From the NCBI RefSeq assembly GCF_040938485.1, contig NW_027271238.1, positions 1,426,001 through 1,490,000 of the forward strand: a stretch of 64,000 nucleotides of DNA. Reading direction: 5' to 3'. The notes under the pieces were generated by a model. The model was not told the origin of the DNA. It ran no database searches and saw only the letters and a program-made list of their open reading frames with translations. How positions within the stretch are numbered: position 1 is the stretch's first letter; each line of letters starts with the position of its first letter. Shown here in pieces: positions 51,231 to 61,979 of the stretch. The translations under genes and the position numbers were made by a program. This stretch comes from Diadema antillarum (lineage: Eukaryota).

Positions 51231-52292
51231 AGGACAAGTTCACCTTCATAGACATGTGGATTGAGTGAATGCAGCAATATTAGTAAAACACATCAGTGAA
51301 AGTTTGAGGAAAATCAGACAATCTGTTCTAGAGTTATGAACTTTTGAAGTTTCTGCTCACTGAAGGCTGGATGAGAAGACTACTATAGCTTGTGATGTCA
51401 CATGAGTACAACGATATAAAGAAAATATAAAGAAATTTCAACATATTTTCACTTTCCCCGCTTAATAATAGGCTTTTGACTTCCCTCTTTCAGAAGGCAA
51501 GGGGAATAATATTACCCTTAACATATGTCTGTGACAAGTTGAGGAAATGTATACATACTTTTTTTCAAAAAGTAAAATTTTGTGAAATTCTCTTTTTATT
51601 TCCTTTATGTCGTTGTACGCACATGGCATCATACACTGTGGTAGTCTTCTCATCCAGCAGTACAAACTGGGCAGATACTTTAAAAATTCATAACTCATGA
51701 ACGGATTTTCCGATTTTCTCCAAACTTTCTCTGATGTGTCAATTGCTGCATTCACTCAATCCACATGTATGGAGGTGTATCCTATTACTGAACGATTTTT
51801 ATTTAATTTCTCCAGATGGGCAACATTATGCTTCAATTTAGCTAAAGATCTCCCAGAAGATACCGTAATTAAAATTCTGATAAATTTAGCTGTAACAGTA
51901 TAATTTGAAAACTAAGCCACGCACTTGACAAAATCTGTACCCTGGTATTTCAAATAACCCTTCCACAAAAACCGTGTCTTTTTACTGACCCAAATCGTAT
52001 TGTACTTACCGAACATGCCCCCTCAGTGTGGGAAAATTTAGGCATTGCATTTTCGGTCAATGTTATTAACGCAGAATAACAAACATCAACATTTCAGCGA
52101 TTATTACTAAAATTAGCATTTTTTGCTGCAGTTTAGCAATTTTCTGCACCAGCTCCCTTGTGAGATAACAGCGTATGTGTAGTCCAATGGATGCACGCGT
52201 ATACGAGTTGTTTTAACAGGCTTCCATTGAAAATGTACGCGTTCGGTAATAGGATACCGGTACCTGCCTATATATGAAGGCGAACTTGTCCT
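51231..52292. mobile_element. Kolobok-type MITE, family K1 (copy 3) with a nested ~500-bp insertion
   Basis: TTAA|AGGACAAG ... CTTGTCCT|TTAA; the right TIR is split at CATGTA^TATGAAGG. Confidence 0.85.
51770..52270. mobile_element. TA-inserted MITE nested in the K1 right TIR
   Basis: Inverted ends GTATCCTATTACTGAACG / CGTTCGGTAATAGGATAC; TA duplicated at the junctions. Confidence 0.7.
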
Positions 52293-53227
52293 TTAATAAT
52301 CCAGAGTTCAAACATTCACGGAAAATTGTCAATAAATCACAATTTGGTGGAATCCATGTTGTATAGAGTTCCAGTCATACTGGTACTCACATAAACACTG
52401 TAACGTTACTAAATTATCACTCTTAAACTTTAACTTTATTGCTTTAGGCCTACGGTTTAAATTACATGCCTTGAGGAGCAGAGGCTAGCGCCATAGCGGT
52501 TAGTGAGGTTTGACTTGAATTTCTCCCCTTTCAATAATATTTATCTAATAATTTTTCTTTCATTATCATTGACATTGAGGAAACTTTGATGACATAAAAG
52601 TTAAAACATCGTCATCATATAATAAAGAAGGTCGAGAGTTCAATAGGAAATGTTCATGTGTCTATGAACACAACACTGACACCTTACGTCCTTCTTAGCT
52701 TACCGGGGCGTTAGCACTTGCTAGGTGCGTTAAATACGTTAGAAATCTAACGGACAGACGTGACTGCAGACTATAAATATTAGGCCTATTAATTGACGAC
52801 TACCGCCTACACTACCTAGTCTAGTCGCAGTAGAAAATTATAGTATATGGCATTATTATATACGATAATATCTGCATAATAGCATAGGTTCTAGGCCCTA
52901 TCCTCAGATTCAAAAGGGGGTTGGACAACTCGACCGCGGGATAAGTCGTCCCTGGACAAGTCGTCCCTACCCCTGGACAGCTCGACCGGGTCGAGTTGTC
53001 CAGGGTCAGGTTTGCGATTGGACAACTCGACCCAACTTTATTTGTGCCAGATTTTTGCAGAATGAAACACATTTTAGTCATTAAAATGGCATAGGTTAGT
53101 GGAATGATGTATGAAAAAATGTTTTATCGCATTTTTAAGGCAATTCCTATTTATTTTCTGATGCTGCGAAGCAATATTTCACGGTATCTTCCCTGCTCTG
53201 AGAATCTCGGTGACTGAGCTTTTTCTT

Positions 53228-53800
53228 GTGACGACAGCCTGTATGGTAAGGTGACATTTGTTGAGAAATTTCCATTAAATGCTTATAACCAGCAATAAAA
53301 TATAGTATTTTACATAGTTATACGTGTTTTCTATCCTTAGTGACATTTTCATGAGCAGAGGAATCATTTCAGTATGAAAAATGAAACAAATGTCTACAGT
53401 ATGTCGATTCGTCTTCGTTCGTACTTGTTCGGTTTCCATATCGTGGGACGCGCGCTGCTAGCTAGCTGCTAGCTGAGAGGCTAGGCTGAGCGTGGCGCTC
53501 GCTCGCTCCCTGGCCACCAGACCCCCTCCCACCGATACCAGCCCAACTTGTGACGACATCCTGTTTGGTAAGGTGAAATTTGTTGAGAAATTTCCCTAAG
53601 ATGCTCATAACCAACAATAAAATATAGTATTTCATATAGGTGCATGTGTTTTCTATCCTTGGTGACATTTTATGGGCAAAGGAATAATTTCAGTAAGAAA
53701 AATGAAACAAATATATCTATGTCGAATCGTCTTCGTTCGATAGGTGTCCACACCGCGGCACGCTGCTGAGAGTGGCTCACGCTACCACCGATACCAGCAG
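53228..53800 (+). repeat. Two diverged ~322-bp tandem units
   Basis: GTGACGACA...GGTAAGGTGA.ATTTGTTGAGAAATTTCC...ACCGATACCAGC starts at 53228 and again at 53550. Confidence 0.85.
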
Positions 53801-55183
53801 AACGGGATACCGGCCCGCGGGCCCCGCGGGCCGTAGGGCTGGCAGTCGTGGTGCTCGCTCGATGGGTGGAGCGAGCTGTGTCGCTGCGTAGCTACGAAGT
53901 CGACCGTGATCTTTTCTTCGACATTTGGACTAAATTCCAGTCAATGAAACTATTTCATACCTTTCTCTTAACTTTGAACGATGTTATACTGACTAAATGG
54001 TTTGAAAAGTGTCTGGAATTCACCGGCACTGTATTGATTCATAAGTAAGTCATCAACAACATGACGACCAGTCTTATCTTGCAATCCCAAATTCTCTGTA
54101 CTACCACACTACCCACAAGCTAGTATGGAGAACCCGACTCCATATTGATACACTTATTGTTTTACTGTACTGTCAACAAATAATGGGGAAAAAATATAGT
54201 GACAAATAAAGGAAATAAAATTTCTCACTCTTTTTCTTTTACTTTTTTGTGGTTGGTTTGTTTATGTTTTTGCCAAAAAAAAGGAGAGTTGTTCTGCATG
54301 TCCTGCATGAAATTCATAAAAAAAAGAAAAAAAAAAAAACGGGTGTAGGACCTACTGTAAAAGTGGATATTTTCGCGCGACTAATTTTTCGCATTTGGCC
54401 GGGTCAGAAGAGTTTCGCCTGTTTTTAATTCCGCGGAATCCAGACATCATGCACAATAACATATGGCAAGCAAAAATATTTGCATGCTTTTATTTTCGCG
54501 CTAGTTTCTGGTTGCGCGAAATGCACGAAAATTTCAACACCACGAAAATTTCCACGTTTACAAATATTGTCTGAAAACTCTTTTCTTTTTCTTTTTTTCT
54601 ATGCACTTCTCTCCCGGTCTTTGCCGAAGATATTTTGAAAAAAAGAAAATGCCTACCGGTAAATACTTACACTTGAACACTTGTAACTTATATTTACTGG
54701 TGATTTCTGACAGTACTTTTCTGAAGTTGATGATATGATCTGAACTAACCCTTTTTAAGAAAAAAAAAAAAAAAGGGATGAAAGGGGGGGGGGGGCATCC
54801 CAGGCCTGCGTAGAACATCATTCTAATACCCTGGACAGAGTTGTGTTAGAAAAACAGAAATGTATAATTCTTAATTTCATTTTGTTACGTATGCATCATA
54901 CAGGTTACAATGTCTCTCTCTGTCAAACTCAAAGGTATTTTTTTTTCTTAAAATAGAATGATGGCCATAATAAAAAAAAAATCTGTATGGTACGGTATAT
55001 ACTTAAACATCTGTCTTTGCCAAAGATATAACTTGCGAAAACTGTTTGACGTTACAGACACTTCACTACACATTAGTTACAGTGTAACATTATCCTAAAT
55101 TCCTAAGGCCACGTTAAAGTCCATCAAACCATCCAGATCTCTCTAAACCTTAGTTTCATCACAGAAAACAATGTCACACCTTT
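53693..55183 (+). repeat. Left arm (outer block) of a large inverted duplication; mirror is 62659-64000
   Basis: Reverse-complement match; the same spurious ORFs appear on opposite strands (53848+/63845-, 54821-/63016+). Confidence 0.92.
54355..54563. mobile_element. CTGTAAAAGTGG MITE (copy 4), present in the left arm only
   Basis: TA|CTGTAAAAGTGGATATTTTCGCG...TTTCCACGTTTACA; absent at the mirrored site near 63300. Confidence 0.8.
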
Positions 55184-56620
55184 GTAGCAGCACGTACCCC
55201 GTTAGTTTGACAGTAAGTCACTGGCCGAGAGAGGGAGCCATTTCAATCGGTAGTATAGTCATGTTACTCTCTCCGGACGCTCCCTGATGGCAAAAAGAAA
55301 CAAAAGAGCTCATTTTCGCTGACCAGTCCTTTGACCACGGTTACGTAAAAAGGTACACGTAGGCTTATCCCATAATACTTGCCACGTAGCCCCTTTTTCC
55401 TAACATTAACCGTGGACAAAGCTCTTTTTCTCACTCTGGCTCCTTAACCTCCAAAGGAGATGGACATACAGTAGACCATAGCTCTCCTGCGTCCAATACA
55501 AAAAGGAGATGCAATATTACTTTCCAGAGTCACGTCCTTTCCTTATTGAGACGGTTTTGATAAATTCTCTAAGTTCATACATGTCTATTTTACACCACAT
55601 CGGTGAGGTGCTTGGTTCCAGCAACATTGATTTGAAATAGTTTTGGAACAATTATTACGGAAGAGGAGTTGCCTTCCTGTCACACTTGCGGATGCTGCAT
55701 GAGGCTATTGCATCAGAGCTCGTCTCGCATCTCCTCTCATTGTCAACCCTGTCATCAATGACTGAGGATGAACTTCATCCATTTCCAGCTCACGACGAAT
55801 TAGCGCAAATGTGAATCTCCAAGCTGGGATCGCATCATTGACAATCGCATTAGTGTCAGCGCTAAGTGATGTGAGTGCCAGGCGACGACCAGGCGGCGAA
55901 CACCCGTTCCAAACAGTGTACACGTCAGCATCTCGACCCGGAGCTCATCGTGGCAGTGCGCACTGCAGTTCGCGATCGCGATCGAGATCCTCTTGGAGAG
56001 TGACGTGGCCATATTTCACCCTTGACGCGACCTGGGACTCTGCTCGGACTGTCACGGTGGTTCTATGAATAAAGGGAGAGTAAAATAGTCCTATTTGGAC
56101 AAGTCAGCCATTTACGAAAGGGGAAGGGTACATTAAGGGAAACAAAAAGAATACTACCTTGGTCAAGTCAGCACATTGCTGCTACTAACTTTTGTTTTGT
56201 CTCGATTCCACACAAAGACATAACATGGAAAATAACTCCTGACCAATCACACCACTATCCCTTCTTACATAACTTATGTTACTTCTTGTCTGGAGTGAGA
56301 AATAAAGAGTTGTATAGCATCTACACTTCTGACCAATCATAAAGAAGGTCATTCTTACATAACTTATGTTATTCATTGTCTGAAAATCTATTCAAAGAAA
56401 CACAAAAGAAAATTACTTTTAACCAATCATCTCTCTGTCTGGACCAGCAATGTATATCTCTATTTCCTGCTAGCCTCCTACCCTAAGGGTTAAGACCACC
56501 CAACCTTTGAGATGTTTGTCCCTGGACAGGGGATTTATCTTACATTAAGCTCCTGGGGACTGCCACCTGTTGTGGTCTGGAGATGGGGATGTACTATACA
56601 GTGCTATACATTTAAATGTG
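55183..56620. mobile_element. Candidate LTR-like insertion (~1.44 kb)
   Basis: TG...CA ends with short inverted termini TGTAGCAGCAC / GTGCTATACA; three spaced CCAAT boxes in ~90-bp subrepeats; GC-rich core; absent from the mirrored arm. No TSD found. Confidence 0.35.
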
Positions 56621-56719
56621 AAATGGACACTACTGTACGCATGGGGTATTTCCCACAAAATAATTGGGCTGACGTGACTATTGTGTGCATCTCACAATTA
56701 TCATAATCACTATTGCTAT

Positions 56720-57140
56720 TGACTGACTGTGCACAAATTGGAAAAGAATTTCACCGCTCTGTCGGTATGGCTTCCTGATTTTGAGGCCATCAAAAGTGTG
56801 CTGTTACCATGACACCACACTTTCCTCTTTAAGAATGCATCTTGCACTTCAAATATCATCTTTTTTATGTGTCCTTTTTTCCTGTCATTTCAATAAAAAA
56901 AATGAAGAATTAAGTCTTATTTGCTAGTCCTTTACTGCATTTAAAGGGTTATGATTTGTTGTTGCCATGACAACACAGTTTCTACCACTGATTAAAATGT
57001 GTCTTTCTCTTTCTACCACTGATTAAAATGTGTCTTTCTCTTCTTCTGGCTAATGCAAACAGGACTCCACAGCTATGGGATGTTCAGTTGCAGGCGCAAG
57101 GTTAGCAGTGCATAAAAAAGGGACCCCCCCCCCCCCCCCC
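56720..57140 (+). repeat. Left arm (inner block) of the inverted duplication; mirror is ~61980-62350
   Basis: For example GTGCACAAATTGGAAAAGAATTTCA and GTGCTGTTACCATGACACCACACTTT are mirrored at ~62260-62345; AGGACTCCACAGCT at ~57061 is mirrored at ~62045-62058. Confidence 0.8.
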
Positions 57141-57606
57141 CATGGATTCCTTGTGCATTTTTGTTGTTGTTGGTCTAATCAGCAATGGCCAACACAATTC
57201 TAATTATTGTCATAATTAGATATTTCTATATGGTAACATAGCATACAAAACTGTGTTAACCCCATTCATTTTATTCCAAGAAAGTGTTTCTATGGAGCTG
57301 ACAGTAACAAACTGACAACCGATGATCATGGCATAAAAGGTGAATGCACCAAACTTTTTAGGTGACACTGATTAAATAGATGATGACTCGATCCCTTCAC
57401 GCAGCAAATCGTCAGTGTAAACCATTAGGGTCAGGGTAAATAAAAAAATGCATAACATGGACAGATTGATGCAAAAGGACTCGTACAATCAGAGACACTT
57501 CCTCTACTTTTTTTCAATGACTTTGATCTTTAGTTTTGTCATGGATTCCTTGTGCATTTTTTTGTTGTTGTTGGTGGTCTCATCAACAATGGTCAACACA
57601 ATTCTA
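57141..57606 (+). repeat. ~66-bp direct repeat with 399-bp spacing
   Basis: CATGGATTCCTTGTGCATTTTTGTTGTTGTTGG...CAACACAATTCTA at 57141 and 57540. Confidence 0.8.
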
Positions 57607-59029
57607 TATCAGGGATCCCTGTATAATTTTGTCAGGTAACTGGACAAACAGGTTACAGTTGGACTTTTTTTGTGATAGGTAACATAATAAATTGTATTAA
57701 CCTTCCCCACCACCACCACCACCACCACCTCATCTCTCTTTCCAGGCTCTCTCTCTTGTATCTCTATCTCCCCTTCAAATCCTCCACTTACAGATTAAAA
57801 TAGTTTTTGAATACCAATTCTGTGAGTTATAACTATGTCATTTTGGATGTCAGGTAGTCAAATCACATTCATTTGCAATCTTTACACTATGGATACATGA
57901 TTGAGTTTTTTTTTTTTTTTACTGTAATGTTCTGATTGTTCGACCGTTTCCCTCCTTGTGTGTGTGTGTGTGAGTGTGTATGCAATATGAACTTTAATGA
58001 GGAAAAAGATAGTAAAGTCAATGAGCCTGGTATGTTTGACATTTTTATGGGGGGGGGGGGGAGGGGGGGGGGCAACATGACTGTTATATATTCTGATGAT
58101 TGAAATGATCACATGATATTTCTTTGCTGCTAAAAGACATTATGTGGTACACACACACACATGTGCATGCACAAATGAAAAAAAAAAATACCGTGACATC
58201 ATAACTTGACCAAAAATTTACCATCTATTTTCAGCCTTCTTAGTTAGTTTTTTAAGAATACTGATCGTCTTTTAATCAGATTGTGTTATGTTATCAATTG
58301 TATGTGAAAACAAACAACCATATATGCCCTATGGGTTAGAAATGTGAAATTGCTCATGTTATAAAAATGCTTGTGTGTTTGTCCTATAGGCATCATAAAA
58401 TGAAATGTTTTCCTAGTTCTACAGCATACTCCTACGTACACACTTTGTTTTTTCAGTGTAGCAAAAAAAAAAAAAAAAAAAAAAAAAGAGAGAGAGAAGA
58501 AAAAAAACAACAACTGCTGTTCAAAAACTGCTTAAATCCAATTGTGGAGAGCCAGTGGAGTAAAATGGAGTCAAATGGGCCTGAGCTTTCAATCCTAGCA
58601 GAATCTCTGTCAGAGGCAAAACGACAAACAGGCAGGGAAAGCAATCATATAATAGGACTTCACCCATAAAGAACAGTCAGAGACTCGCTAGGGACACAGA
58701 ACAAGGAAAACAAAAGGGGAGGGTAGGAAGTCATGGGCAAGGAGCCCAACAGGTATAGGGAGGGGGATTAGAGTGGGAGGTTGACAGACAAAAGGCTGAG
58801 GAGGGTCAGTGATGATCCAGATCTGAGGACCAAAGGGGGAAACCTTGAAGGAACAGGATGAATAAGGAGGCAAAATCAAACAAGATAAAGAACAACAGAG
58901 GATAAAGAAAGGAAAAGAGTGAAAAGCATGGGGGGGGGGGGGGGGGGCTGAGCAAGCAGTGAGCCTTAATAAGGTGTACCAAGAGGAGGCAACAAAATGA
59001 AAGTGAGTGTCAACCAACCAATGCAAGTT

Positions 59030-59181
59030 NNNNNNNNNNNNNNNNNNNNNNNNNNNNNNNNNNNNNNNNNNNNNNNNNNNNNNNNNNNNNNNNNNNNNNN
59101 NNNNNNNNNNNNNNNNNNNNNNNNNNNNNNNNNNNNNNNNNNNNNNNNNNNNNNNNNNNNNNNNNNNNNNNNNNNNNNNNN
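59030..59181. other. Assembly gap
   Basis: 152 N. Confidence 1.
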
Positions 59182-60062
59182 AGAGTAATAATGATATTGA
59201 TGAAAGAAATAAAAATGATAATTAAAAAAAATATGTATAAATATGAAAAAGGGAGGAAATACACAAAATCCCTGGGAGAGAAAATGCATTTTAGGTTGAA
59301 GCTGGCATAAATACGCATAGAACCACATTCAATTTCATTTCATGAATCCGGACTATCTGTGCAGATCAGACATCTCCCCTTTTGCTTTATATTCCACAAT
59401 TTCTATCAAACTTTAGTGACCACTTCATTCTGAAAGGAGTTTGCCTGTGTTGCAACAATTTTTCCAATCAGGTCGTACAAGACAACAGCAATGTATTAGT
59501 TGAAAATGTGACAAGCATTATTTGAGTTTGTGTCTTTATCAAGATAATGCCGTTTCTTGAAGGTGTGGTGAAGGCTAATGAATTCATGATAATGTAAAGC
59601 TACATAGTACATGTATGTTCTTTTAAAAAATTAATTATGAATGTATTTTAATCTGTATTCATAGTTTTTAGGCAAATATCTCAAACTTTGGTACACATGA
59701 TGACTGTGATATGAAAAAGTCCATGACACATCTTTGCAGTGTCCTGAATTGGTTGCTATGGTAATGGCATAGCAAAAATAAAGGATGAAGCATGATTATT
59801 AAACCTTATCACAGGATACCAGTAATTTTCATGAATTTTGCCACTATTGTTGGCCTCGATAAGAGAATGCAAGACACTAGGTTTCCTTGACATGGTCATG
59901 GCCTGTTGCATTATAACTCAGAGAAAACCTCCCAGAGAGAAGGAAACTGGATGGAGACAGGAGTACCTGTATACAAGGTAATCACCTTCATACAGTAATA
60001 CCACATTTTGAGGTTTCATTTTGAGCAGAAATACTACCTGAAGCAAGAGGAATCATTCTGAA

Positions 60063-60290
60063 GGTTACAGCTCGTTATTCGAAAGGTTCGTTATTCCGAA
60101 GGCTCTTTAGTCCTAAGATTCGTTATTCTGAAGGTTCTTCATTCCAAATTTCATTTTCGGATTAACAAATCTCGGGAATAACGAACCTTCGGAATAATGC
60201 CACAAATGTTAAGACTAACGAACCCTTTTTCATTTTCGGATTAAAGAACCTCTAGGTATAGGGAATTTGCGAATTAAACGAACAGCACCC
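60063..60290. mobile_element. MULE-like MITE
   Basis: Flanked by the direct repeat CATTCTGAA (60054-60062, 60291-60299); GG...CC termini; inverted GTTCGTTATTCCGAAGG subrepeats. Confidence 0.6.
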
Positions 60291-60303
60291 CATTCTGAAG
60301 CTG

Positions 60304-60421
60304 GTACTAAAAAAATTAGAGTACATGTAGTTTGATCCACAAGACTTTGTAAAGGATGGTCCATCGGTCAGTCCATTGCAAAGTCTTGTGGATCAAACTA
60401 CCCTCATTTTTTTAGTAGTAC
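60304..60421. repeat. 118-bp hairpin element
   Basis: Perfect 23-bp core arms GTAGTTTGATCCACAAGACTTTG / CAAAGTCTTGTGGATCAAACTAC, plus outer arms GTACTAAAAAAA / TTTTTTTAGTAGTAC. Confidence 0.8.
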
Positions 60422-60966
60422 TTGTACATTGTAAACCTAAATCTTGGCAGGTGTAGCCGCTAAATCACAGGCAGATATGCGCGACACCTTTTCCTCCCTA
60501 TTAATTGATAACTGCAAACTTTATGAAAATCATGCATCTAAAGTTGTGGATTGAAATATATTCTCTCAATTGGCAATTCAGTTGTATGTTTACAATCAGT
60601 AGGCCTATATTTTAATGTGTAGTTGTGCAAGACACTTTTGTGTGAGTGTCAAAAGATGTCTTGCCACTGTAACAACATTTTTGTACAAATCATTAAAAAT
60701 TGTAGAATTCTCAAACTACTACACTGTAGTATGCTGGTTTTCAAGAGATTCAAGCAAAAATTGACTCAATATAAAGTTGTGCAAGATATATTAGTATACA
60801 AATGCATTCGAAGGTGTTTGCCATGACAATTGTAAGCCCTACATGATGGCCCAGGAAATTACAAAAAGACTTACAGATCACACTTCTCCAGTTTTTAAGT
60901 GATGACATAAGTTTAATAGCACACATTGGTCATGTTAGGCTCAATGTAAAGCTGTGTATACCCTTA

Positions 60967-61945
60967 GGCTGCGTTAACATAGAAGAATTCAGTATTCGTT
61001 ATTCCCTATGCGTCGTCAAGTCGACCCAGTACACCATCACCCGCACCATCCGAATGTCTTCCTCCTACACAACCATCCCAGCAATCTTATTAAAGGACAA
61101 GTTCACCTTCATAGACATGTGGGTTGAGAGAATGCAGCAATATTAGTAGAACACATCAATGAGAGTTTGAGGATAAATCGGACAATCCGTTCAAAAGTTA
61201 TGAATTTTTGAAGTTTATGCTCAGTCACGGCTGGATGAGAAGACTACTGTAGCTTGTGATGTTATATGAGTACAACTATATAAAGAAAGTATAAAGAAAA
61301 TTCAAGATATTCTCACTTTTCTCACATAATAAAAGAACACTCGACTTCTCTCTTTCAGAAGTCAGGGGGAATAATATTACCCCTAACATAAGTCAGTAAC
61401 AAGTCAAGAAAATGTGCACTTTATTTAAAAAGTCAAGTTTTGTGAAATTCTCTTTTTATTTTCCTTATATCGTTGTACGCATGTGACATCATACACTGTA
61501 GTAGTCTTCTCATCCAGCAGTGATTGCACAGATATTTTAAAAATTCATAACTTTTGAACGGATTGTCGGATTTTCCCCAAACTTTCACTGATGTGTTCTA
61601 CTAACATTGTTGCCTTCACTTAATCCACATGTATATGAAGGTGAACTTGTCCTTTAACAATTTCTAAACTGCATCAGAATGTCAGTCTATATGATTATTT
61701 TTGCTAAAGGGCTAATCGAGACCAAAGTTGTTACCATTTCAAAATCGAAAGACGGTATACGCTGCTCAAAAATCGAACAAGCGCGATTCCCACTATGCTT
61801 TACTATTCTGTGCTATTCGGCATATTCAAATAGTGCCCTCTTACCCGTGTTAGAAAATCATATCGTTCGATTCAAGCTATTCGCGTGCCCTCGAAAACGC
61901 GTACCGTACTATACCCGAATAGTATACTTCTATGTGAACGCAGCC
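60967..61945. mobile_element. PIF/Harbinger-type MITE containing a nested K1 element
   Basis: TTA|GGCTGCGTTAACATAGAAG ... CTTCTATGTGAACGCAGCC|TTA, a canonical 3-bp TWA TSD. Confidence 0.85.
61094..61653. mobile_element. Kolobok-type MITE, family K1 (copy 4)
   Basis: TTAA|AGGACAAG...CTTGTCCT|TTAA, 560 bp. Confidence 0.85.
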
Positions 61946-61979
61946 TTATAGGCCAAATTGCATTTGGCCAAATTGCATT

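Noticed and set aside
52461-52704. PRKRIP1 exon 1 at ATGGCGCTAGCC (52494, -) or ending at the GTAAG donor (52703, -)
   Set aside because: The first ORF stops after 10 codons; the second has no in-frame similarity to the PRKRIP1 N-terminus. A non-coding exon cannot be excluded.
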